The notes beneath the pieces are model-generated. The model saw nothing but the letters and a program-made list of their open reading frames with translations, ran no database searches and was not told where the DNA came from. From NCBI GenBank assembly GCA_043228905.1, contig JBHGNT010001331.1, positions 1 through 9,762 of the forward strand: a stretch of 9,762 nucleotides of DNA, given 5' to 3'. A program made the translations under genes and the position numbers. Shown here piece by piece: positions 1 to 8,717 of the stretch. The DNA is from Azolla caroliniana (Eukaryota; Plantae; Polypodiophyta). Within the stretch, counting starts at the first letter, position 1, and every line of letters starts with the position of its first letter.

Positions 1-1631
1 AAAGACAATAACCCCACTAAGAGAAATATGAGCAACAAAGATCACACAGAGGAAAATATTAGGAAAATATGATCATCCATTTTCACAGAAAAAATGGAAG
101 GAGCTACAAGAGATATTCACCATACATAAGCCTAACATTATGGACAAACATTCCTGAGATTAGCACTATTTTCTGTAAGTTCGTCCAGCCATTTATATTT
201 GATTTTTTATACCTGACCCATATAGTACGAAAATGAAACTTCCTCCAGGTTTACATCTGTTATCCATCTCTTTCAGTCATATGGTAAGAAAATCTAGAAT
301 AAGATATTATACTTTTCATCCTGTTGCATTGATGTTGTTAACTTGTTCTTCTACATTTACAAACATATTTTTCATCAAATGAAACCGTCACCAATGGCTT
401 AGAAGAAAAACATTTATTCATAATTTGTTTTACAATAATATGTACTATGTAACATAGCGAAGCACATGTGTTTTGTTTGCAATTTATTCCTTGATGTGTT
501 ACAAGGAAGATCCCCAAGTACAGCCTCGTTATACATGGACAGAGGGTTAGAGTAAACCATCAGCATTGAAGTCCTATCAAGCCAAGTTTAAAGCAACTTT
601 GATCCTAGAAGTCCATGAATGTTCGTAATAATGGATCAAAAGCTTCCTCTGATATTATAGAATATAGCAACGAGATATCTGATATTCCTCATGTTCTGTT
701 TCACACCATCATGTCTTCCTGCGATGTGATGAGGCGCAGTTTTCCCCAATTTTACAGCTTAACACCATGTAAACGGTGAGCATCCATGTAGATGGGGCAA
801 GGATCGAGTGACAAATCCATAAAACGATATAATATATACACATATTTTAGGAGGTTCTTGTACCATGACATTCTTCTACCCAAGTGCAATGGACCAAGGC
901 TAAAGCAAGAACAATTTCAATGGAGAGCAACATCCACCCACTACCACTGGTGCAAAGCTCCCATTACATTGTACTCTAAACTACTAAACAATTTACAGTG
1001 TTGTTTCTCTGGATGAATTGGAAGCCACTTATCTGCAGAGTTCTAGTTCTCAAGTAATACAGTGAATCAAACTTCACAATCAATTAAAATTCACGAGACA
1101 CATATAGTTGAATTATTGTATTTCAAGTGTAATGATCTAGTTAATTTATATACATTAATATTTTATAAATACACTTACGATTTGTGAAGCCCAAGATTAT
1201 AATTGGTACTCTATCAAAGCTTTCAGGTGTCCATTATATAAAATAAATAAATTTATACTTTAAAAGTGGGCAGAACTTCAGGGTTCACCTATTTCAACAA
1301 AACATTTCCAGTGCATAAAAGAACTTCGATAAAGAGAAAAAACAGAGTTATTGTAAATAAACATGAAAATTAAATGCAAAAAGCAACAATGGGTAATCAT
1401 GGGGTTCACAAAGAAAACTATATCAACGCATCGTGCTTCTCATTAAAGAAATGGTGCCTAGGGAAGATCAGATTTATTTGAGGCTATTTGAATTTAAAGG
1501 GTTATAGTATGCATATATTTAAGGATGAGACTTTAGTAACAGAAAATACTTTATTGATAAAGTTTCTGATTTTAGATCAAAATGAAAAGCATCAAAGAGA
1601 AATAGGCTAATAATTAGAGAGAGAGACTCAC

Positions 1632-1733
1632 ACATCAGCTTGTGCATATACTTCTGACCCCAAATTAACCAAAGCTTTCATTTTCTTCAACTTTTGTTGC
1701 TCCAACAATTTAATGTTTTTCGACAAATCTGAG
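1632..1733 (-). CDS. UXT: UXT coding exon 3; gene continues beyond the left edge of the window
   Basis: TTTTTTATCAG|C TCA GAT ... GCT GAT GT|GTGAGT gives SDLSKNIKLLEQQKLKKMKALVNLGSEVYAQAD(V), containing the alpha-prefoldin beta-hairpin motif VNLGSEVYxQAxV. The expected next exon (PDT..IF.D.GLGF.VEF) was not found in 1-1631. Confidence 0.92.
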
Positions 1734-2107
1734 CTGATAAAAAAGGTTCAAGGAAAAAAACATATGTGTGTCACACTCACAATAGAAAATAAATTGTAAA
1801 AATAATATTATTAGCTTTTATTCGCTCAGATTTGGAATGAAAGTTCTATCAGGGAAGCTTCAATACAAAAATAATGAATAGGAGTGTCAACGTAGGAGAA
1901 CAAGTAGAAATTATAAGTCCATGAAAAGGAAAATGGCAAGCCCATATAGTTTAGCAACAAAAATACCACCCTTAGCTTACCAGAATAACCCCTCTTTACT
2001 CCTAAAATTAATTACTAGAATGGGATATTCTCATCATATTTGAAAACCTAGGGTATTCTGGTAAATACCCATTTAAAAAAAACAATCAAAATAATTTGGG
2101 AGGATAC

Positions 2108-2137
2108 AGTACTTTTTGTTCCTCCATAACTTTGTCT
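2108..2137 (-). CDS. UXT: UXT 30-nt coding microexon
   Basis: TGCAG|A GAC AAA GTT ATG GAG GAA CAA AAA GTA CT|GTATCC gives (R)DKVMEEQKV(L), matching the plant UXT RDKVFEQQKVF segment. Splice phases (2/2) fit both neighbouring exons. Confidence 0.87.
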
Positions 2138-2227
2138 CTGCACAACCAACAAAGATGGTCAATCAATTTTGACATAGAAAAAGAACAAAATTGAAGAGAA
2201 TACCCTTATAATGGAAAACAATTATAC

Positions 2228-2334
2228 CTTTGAGATATAACATGTACAAGGTCGGGCTTAAGCTTTTCTTCAATAAACGCCTCAAATTTCTGGATTTTGG
2301 CATTCTTGTCAGCTAGTGATCTACTAGTTGCCAT
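2228..2334 (-). CDS. UXT: UXT / prefoldin-alpha-like protein, first coding exon
   Basis: Manual translation MATSRSLADKNAKIQKFEAFIEEKLKPDLVHVISQ(R) resembles the plant UXT N-terminus as I recall it (K..KFEEF...LKPDLV..I..R). Acceptor CAG at 2340-2338 just before AAG-ATG; donor AAG|GTATAA at 2228/2227. Confidence 0.9.
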
Positions 2335-2907
2335 CTTCTGATGCTCAAAGCAGATATGGTTAAATGTATCAACACATATATAGTAGAATGTATATATTCT
2401 ATGTTCAATATATATGAGTCTGGATGGCTATGGCCTGGACAAAGACCTATGGTTCATTAGTATATTAAGCTGGGCATTTTACATACACGTATTTAACATT
2501 TAGGTACGCATAATACCTCACGAAACACATAATATGTATTATACCTTAAAGTTAGTCAGCCATATTGCTTTTTGTTTTGTTAAATACAATACTTAACCTA
2601 CCAATACAGAAAATATTTATTGTACATATTGATTAAATAAAAGGGGGAAACTTGAACCCTAGCTAGTAAGTGAGAGACATTGGTGTGATATACAGGATAG
2701 AAGTAAGTTTACATTAGCTCTACATTTAGATTTTCCCTGTATATAAATAGAAGTTTTAGTTTTTTCCAAAGAAATTTAAAACGATTATATGCAAGTTACA
2801 CAAATCAGCTATCCAAGACTCAAACACGCGAGCTCAAAATGACCAGAAAAAAGAGGGATTCTGACGAATATTGAATTAAAAGGAGGACGGATTAGTGGAA
2901 GATTTAC

Positions 2908-2951
2908 CTTGTTTCTTTTCTCTTCTTTCTATCTCCTTCTACTTCCTTTCT
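2908..2951 (-). other. Probable 44-nt non-coding (5'UTR) exon of UXT
   Basis: Pyrimidine-rich tract ending CTCTAG| at 2952, a purine-rich exon body and donor AAG|GTAAAT at 2908/2907. It lies upstream of the ATG-containing exon, which itself begins with an acceptor. Confidence 0.55.
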
Positions 2952-3385
2952 CTAGAGTGAGCAAACATCATCATAGGTAAAAGAAAAAATACGTTTGTCA
3001 TCGGTCCTTTGTCATAGGAGAAACAATTAGAATGAGGCTAGCTTTTTCTTCGTAATGCTCAAAAGTAGGATACTATTAGAACAAACACCCAATGGTTAGG
3101 AGGTAAAGTTAGTTGCAAGGATCATTAATTAATAGGGTTTCTTCTCGTTTTCAACAAAAAAAATCCACAATAATCAAAGCATAAAAACCATTTGCTAGTA
3201 AGTCCAAAACTATTAATTAGTGATGGTGTGTTCTACTTGGGAAGAGGGCTCTTTGTTGATCACATGTCAATCATTCTAAAGAGTGTTAACATTCTGTTTT
3301 TTCTGATTGATGTGGCATACATACCACATAGAAATTCTTATGCTCAGTATATGGTGGGGAGGAGAGCAAGGAATGTAATTCTTAC

Positions 3386-3445
3386 CTGAAGGCCTGCAGG
3401 CCGCAGGTGGTTCTCGAAGCTCGATCGAAGGACTCAGGAGGCTCT

Positions 3446-3487
<42 letters not shown>

Positions 3488-3540
3488 ATGTCTATTTCTG
3501 TATGCAGAGACTCGAGAATCAACTCTCAGTCTCTCTCTAA
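3386..3540 (-). other. Probable first (5'UTR) exon of UXT with a GA microsatellite; transcription start uncertain
   Basis: Consensus donor CAG|GTAAG at 3386/3385; GC-richer segment plus (GA)15, typical of plant leaders. The upstream boundary is a guess. Confidence 0.55.
3451..3480. repeat. (CT)15 microsatellite
   Basis: Direct reading of the sequence. Confidence 0.97.
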
Positions 3541-3582
3541 AGTTCAATATTTTTTTATAACCTAATTATTAAATAAATATAA

Positions 3583-3662
3583 CTGGCTTAACCGGTTTGA
3601 GCCGGTTAAGCAGGGCTCGAGCCGAGCCGATCCGCTAAACAATTTAGGCTCAAGCCGAGCTG
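3583..3662. repeat. Inverted repeat plus GAGCCG-type short repeats; possible DNA-transposon/MITE remnant in the UXT promoter
   Basis: GCTTAACCGG (3586-3595) / CCGGTTAAGC (3602-3611) is a perfect 10-bp inverted repeat. GGCTCGAGCCGAGC and GGCTCAAGCCGAGC are near-identical copies. Confidence 0.5.
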
Positions 3663-3804
3663 TTGCCGATCCCGAACTTCCCTCCGTCTTTTCTACTCTT
3701 CCCTTCTTTTTGTTCGTGTTCGTCTTTTTTGTCCATGGATCATATTTGACCTCCGAAGACAATAATGTGAATCTCCAATTTCCACCAAGAAGGGCTACAC
3801 ATCT

Positions 3805-4912
3805 ATGTATGCATTATTTTCGCATCAGGAGTGTTTTTATTGCAGAGTAGTAACCCCTCTTCTTAGGAAGGAGTCACATTCATTACGATATGTCGATTTG
3901 GTCCCAAAGATCAAATTTGGCCTCATCATTGATAGGATACATAGCCAACCACATGATAGAATATCTCATCAAGCCTTTAAGGCCTCTCGATCATTGTATA
4001 AGTCCGGCTATACTAGCTCATGGTATGGCATGATGGTGAGTTGGCTTCTTGCGAATGGTCTAGACATTAATAACCTACCTCCCCTTAGGTACAACCACAC
4101 GAGTGATAACACCTTAATCTCTCATGAGGACTGCAATAAAGTAATACGCCAAGAAATATGGCAAATTTACACTCGGTGTAAATGGATCACCCCACTAGAG
4201 CCACTCCCATCTAAAATGTTGTACTATAAGAAACACTTCATGCACTTCTCTGAGTTAGGTTTTATCACGCGACCAAAATATCTAGATGTATTCTTACCAC
4301 ATGCACTAAGGGTTGCCAATGGACAACTTAGAATATCATCTCACCAACTTGAGATTGAGAATGGCCATACTAGTGGAGTCCCTAGGGAGGAAAGGATATG
4401 TAGGTTATGTCACATAGAGATAGAGGATGAGTACCACTTTACATGCAAGTGTCCAACCTATGCCGAGATAAGGGCAAAATACCAAGACATACTTGGTCCG
4501 TCTCCCACCCTCCCCAAACTATTAGATACTCTAGATATAAAGAAATTAGGTAAATACATTCTAGAGCTAAAACAACACAGAGAGAATATAGTTACAAAAT
4601 GTTGACAATAATGTTGCTAATGATCACGAACATGTAACAAATGAAGTTTTTCAGGAACCTGAGGAGACAACGAATGCCGACACACTTGCACCACTCGGCC
4701 TTTCCATTGATGAGGCAGAAAACCAGAGAAGAACCAGACGTCCTAGGGTGCCGGGTTTCAAAGCAACTCGACGTGATGTGGAAGCAATATTGAAAATAAG
4801 GGAACGTGAGCTACACCGCCTAGAAGCCATGGCTAGGGCACTCTCTACACTGGAACCCACATCAAGACCCTTTGACCCCCCACTTCTTTTCGAGAGGCTT
4901 GGGTGGAAATAA
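3805..4912 (+). pseudogene. LINE ORF2 C-terminal fragment with a +1 frameshift near 4591
   Basis: ORF 3805-4605 carries the CCHC domain. The +1 frame is open from 4592 to TAA 4910-4912 (LQNVDNN...FDPPLLFERLGWK*). The first ~37 codons from 3805 probably derive from flanking DNA. Confidence 0.75.
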
Positions 4913-5113
4913 AATTAGGCTTAGTGTATAGTCACTTTCGAGTATACTACATATTGTACACTACTAGAACTCTTTTAGTTTAAGTTTTATTTTTTACTTA
5001 ATTTTATTTTAGTTATGATGACTGGATAAAAACTCTTTTGTTGTAAACCAATTGTCTCATGGGCCAAATTTGGCCTTAGAAGACGTTAATATATCTTTCT
5101 TTCTTTCTTTCTT
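3915..5113 (+). mobile_element. 5'-truncated non-LTR retrotransposon (LINE, RTE-X-like), copy 1
   Basis: Encodes the LINE ORF2 C-terminal zinc-knuckle motif LRISSHQLEIENG..PREERICRLC..EDEYHFTCKCPTY, followed by an AT-rich 3'UTR, terminal hairpin and (TCTT)5 tail (5094-5113). No RT or endonuclease domain is present. The 5' boundary is approximate, no TSD was found, and the clade call is from motif memory. Confidence 0.85.
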
Positions 5114-5114
5114 T

Positions 5115-5410
5115 CTCTATACTGGCTAGGGCACTCTGTACATGGCTAGGGCACTCTATACACTGGGACCATGGGTCACACCCACACCAAAAACTTTTGA
5201 CCTCCCACTTCTTTTTGAGAGACTTGGGTGAAAATGAGATTAGGCTTAGTGCAAAATTTTGTACACTACTAGAACTCTCTTAGCTTAAGCTATTTTCTTT
5301 TATTTTAGTTTTGATGATCGGATAAACACTCATTTTTGTTGTAAACCAATTGTCTCATGGGCCAAATTTGGCCTTAGAAGACGTTAATATATCTTTCTTT
5401 CTTCTTCTTC
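5115..5410 (+). mobile_element. Second, severely truncated 3' end of the same LINE family (copy 2)
   Basis: 5141-5403 aligns to 4828-5105, and the last 70 nt (5334-5403 vs 5036-5105) are identical. It begins with a 20-nt tandem duplication (5123-5142, 5143-5162) and ends in a TCTT/CTT tail. Confidence 0.88.
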
Positions 5411-5413
5411 TCC

Positions 5414-5433
5414 CTCTCTCTCTCTCTCTCTCT
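5414..5433. repeat. (CT)10 microsatellite abutting the LINE tail
   Basis: Direct reading of the sequence. Confidence 0.95.
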
Positions 5434-5437
5434 TAAT

Positions 5438-5502
5438 TAGTTTACCCTAATGGTAGTTATTAACACTACAATCACTGCGTCTTGGGTTTGAAACCCAATT
5501 TT
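5438..5502 (+). mobile_element. Possible degenerate tRNA-derived SINE head / tRNA-like remnant
   Basis: A-box-like CCTAATGGTA (5446-5455) and a T-arm/B-box-like hairpin TTGGGTTTGAAACCCAA (5482-5498) at tRNA-like spacing. No intact cloverleaf. Confidence 0.35.
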
Positions 5503-5533
5503 CTCACTTCTCTCTATTATATACTTCATATCA

Positions 5534-5603
<70 letters not shown>
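5534..5603. repeat. Compound (CT)8(CA)27 microsatellite
   Basis: Direct reading of the sequence. Confidence 0.97.
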
Positions 5604-5604
<1 letters not shown>

Positions 5605-7763
5605 GTCATATTTGAACTCTAAAGACGATAATAGAATCTATCAACCTATCTCTTCCTTGTCATTGGATGCCTCATTTGAACTCGCTCATCGAGCCGGATG
5701 AGAAAACCGCAGACAAACTACTCATCTCTATTGTTGTCGAAAATTTATAGCATTTAGTACCCCTCAAATGAAGCAGTTGGTTGTGTACTTTGACCTTGAA
5801 CATTCTTGTAACAATTTGAGTACGGATTTCACTTGCAAGTTCTATCTATAGTGATAGCTCAAGTTGTGGTTAATATGCAGATACTCTTAAGCAATTTCAA
5901 CTTGCACATTGTCAAAATGCATTCATATTTTGACTTTGAGATTGCTTACACTCATCATTTTTAATTATGGCTTTATAACTTCATTTTTCATACCTGGAGG
6001 TTGAAAATTCTAACCAAGCAAGGAGACATAAGATTTGCACAAGGGAAACAAGATCCTTAGAACCTAGGCATGAACAATGTTTGTATCTAGATCCCCTTGT
6101 CCAGACTTTGCATGTATGCAATCTTAAGGCACCCAAGCGTTGGTTGGCCGATCAATGGCCTTGATATGACTCTTGATTATTTTAGTTTAAATGTAAATGA
6201 CCCAGAGCATGTTCATATAATATGAATTGATTAGATGAATAGAAAAAAGAACTTGATGCCTGAAAATTGATCCATAAACAATGGTATTCAACTAGATAAA
6301 TGCATATGGAAAAGTGTAACCTTGGTTACATGCAATAAGCAATGGACTTTCAATTTGTATTTGAGCATCAAAAAACATTTTCATGTCAAAGCATGGATGA
6401 ATGTTGGCAATCATACTAAAAGAAGAGAATGATGAATTTAAAGAATCGGTTGAAACTCACTCTCTTCATCCCACAAGAAACTAAGCATTTTGGAGTCATC
6501 CCCTATATCATGGGACTCACATGTGCTCTCAAGCTCTCTCATGCATGCAAATTATAAATATATGGTATAATACCAAGTTCAAAAGATGTTTGAACAAATT
6601 GCTATTGAAATTAATATGCTTACATAAATCATTCGTCATGCTACAATTGACCAACTTTCACAAACATATGTATCATACTATTGATCATTGCATATGTTTG
6701 TGAAAATGTAGTAAAAGATGGCTAAGGTTGACAATGATGTGTTTAAATCAACTAGGGATGGCGCTACATAAGTAAAACGTAAACTAACAAATATAACAAT
6801 TCGCAACCACATGTGTGGTAGGAATGGGCATGGCAGTGGGCAACAAATTATGTTCATCCCATGACAAAAACAAGGGCATTCCACTTATGATCATTGCCTA
6901 TGTAAACAAGTGCTATTCACTGAATAATTAAACATTCGCACACTTACACTTACTATGTAAGCAAAGTGGTAGTTCAATTGTTAAACAATGAGATATTGTC
7001 CATTGACAAGACCCTTCACTTTGAAGGCTTGTACATTAAAATAAGTAGATATCATAATTGAGACTTCCACTTGAATGACAATGTGGTCAATCAAATTGAT
7101 ACCATCTTCAAGCAACCAACCAAAGCCTCATTGGAGTTTTGTAGTATGTAATTGCCTTGCCAAATGCACCAGCATTGAAAGGGTGCACACCAACAAAATG
7201 ATCACTTTATAGTTGTATGAGTCAGTACATAACCACTTTCATTGACAATAGGTGGAGTTTACGCATATAAAAGATGAGGTTATAGCAGATGTGGTAATTC
7301 CCGGATCGGAATATATGAGCAATTTTTTGCTAACTTGCAAAAGGTACTCCACAAGAGTAGTAATTCCATGCATGTCATGTCTTTGTTGCAACATAACTAC
7401 ACCAACATTGGCTTCAAACTTCATAATGAGCATAGAGAATGATATTCTAGAGCTTTATCTCCGACAAATAGATCTCCATATCATACAAAAATATGTACTG
7501 AAAAACACAGATTGGACAATAAGAAACCAACCATGTTGTTTGGTACATCAGCACATTAACCACTGACATCTTCCAACCGATCGTTCTTTTTGTGTGATTC
7601 GAACTCGTTTTTCTACTCAATTTCTTTCTTTCACCCAACATCTCGAATTTCTTATCGACATCAATAATTCGAACACCATTTTATAATGAATCACATCCCT
7701 TGAATTGGAGTAGGATTGTAAAGTGATTTCCAAAAATACCAATAAACAGCATTACATTATTAG

Positions 7764-7979
7764 TTAGACCTTGAAAACTCTAAAGGATTCCATGGTTTGC
7801 CTTAGATCATTTTCCTCTTTTGCAAAAACATACTCAGGAACTTGCAATCTCAGTTCATAAAGTCTATTGTTCTCAACACCCAATACAGACAAATATCTTC
7901 TATCCCACTCCAACTGCACAACTCTATCCTCTGGCATCACAGCCAATTGCCTATTGTTGGCGTACGACTTCACATTAAC
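7764..7979 (-). CDS. PPD1: PsbP domain-containing protein 1, exon 2
   Basis: CAG|GTT AAT GTG AAG... gives VNVKSYANNRQLAVMPEDRVVQLEWDRRYLSVLGVENNRLYELRLQVPE...ESFRVFKV*, closely resembling the C-terminus of plant PPD1. Confidence 0.95.
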   Translation of the reverse strand, partial: VNVKSYANNRQLAVMPEDRVVQLEWDRRYLSVLGVENNRLYELRLQVPEYVFAKEENDLRQTMESFRVFKV

Positions 7980-8087
7980 CTGGCATCATTTCGAGGCAAA
8001 CCTTATGAAAAATAACCTAAGCAAACCTTCAGAAATAACCCAATTCTTTTGTTCTTGAAAATTGAAGCAAAAGCAAGCGGAGCATAC
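7980..8087 (-). other. 108-nt phase-0 GT-AG intron of PPD1
   Basis: GTATGC...GATGCCAG; removing it joins YYDIE to VNVKSY in frame. Confidence 0.93.
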
Positions 8088-8636
8088 CTCGATATCATAG
8101 TAGAGTTTGCCATCATTAGCAATTCTCGAGGCGGACGACAAGATCTCAGAATCGCGACGGACACCAATTCTTGTTGACATAAACTCAGTGAGGTATTGCT
8201 TCAAGACCTTCCGGGCCGCATCCTCAGGGCTTCCAAGGTCACCCACATCCTTATACCTCGAAGAAGAAGGCGAACTCATCTCCACCGATACATTCTCATC
8301 CAAATGAATCGGATCACGGAAGAAAATGTCAGCACCTGAGCCTCGAACCTCAATCCATCCTTCAGGATAGCTAAACGCATACCCATCTAATGTATCGATA
8401 TGCCTTCGATACCCCACCGAAACCTCTGCCTTAGCTTTCCGTTGTAGCAGCACTAAGCCTAAGCCTAAGCCTAACCCTAAATTCAACCCTACTTTCCTGC
8501 GATGCATAGTGGGTGCTTCAGGTGCAGAGCATCTCCATTGATTATTCACATGAGGCGACTTGCTGTGACTGAGTGTTGTCTGAATCATAAGGGTTGAAGG
8601 ATGCACTGCTAGGCCATGGAAGCTTGAAGCTGCCAT
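8088..8636 (-). CDS. PPD1: PsbP domain-containing protein 1 (thylakoid lumen, PSI assembly factor), exon 1
   Basis: MAASS.. Ser-rich transit peptide, RR + hydrophobic stretch + AKA signal, then DGYAFSYPEGWIEVRGSGADIFFRDP..DENVSVEMSSPSSS..YLTEFMSTRIGVRR, characteristic of PPD1. Donor GAG|GTATGC at 8088/8087. ATG 8636 (GCT ATG GC) is preferred over the in-frame ATG at 8699. Confidence 0.95.
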
Positions 8637-8717
8637 AGCTCTATCTGTGTGTGGGAGTGGAATTTGATGTCTCAATATGTATAGAGCTTTTTGGTTCATT
8701 GAAAGTGGTTTAGGATT

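Noticed and set aside
723-784. C/D snoRNA-like pattern (GATG-TGATGA...GTGA-G-CATC)
   Set aside because: The D box is GTGA rather than CTGA, it lies antisense to the host UXT intron, and I recognised no rRNA guide.
792-1016. 74-aa plus-strand ORF
   Set aside because: Antisense within a UXT intron and carries no recognisable motif.
3912-3923. CAAATTTGGCCT matching the LINE terminal hairpin near the presumed 5' junction
   Set aside because: Only 12 nt, partly explained by FGL codons, and not positioned as a TSD; cannot be distinguished from chance.
4651-4860. 69-aa minus-strand ORF
   Set aside because: Antisense shadow of the LINE ORF2 extension.
5123-5162. 20-nt direct repeats as CRISPR-like
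   Set aside because: Eukaryotic context, no spacers, and explained as a LINE junction duplication.
6678-6884. CPCFCHGMN resembling the hAT transposase CxxH motif
   Set aside because: No other transposase motifs in the surrounding frames.
7239-7641. Several overlapping short ORFs, including the 104-aa ORF 7252-7566
   Set aside because: No recognisable domains; consistent with PPD1 3' flank or intergenic DNA.
7986-8699. 237-aa ORF taken as the full protein
   Set aside because: Its C-terminus is intron read-through, and its first 21 residues precede the better-context MAASS start.
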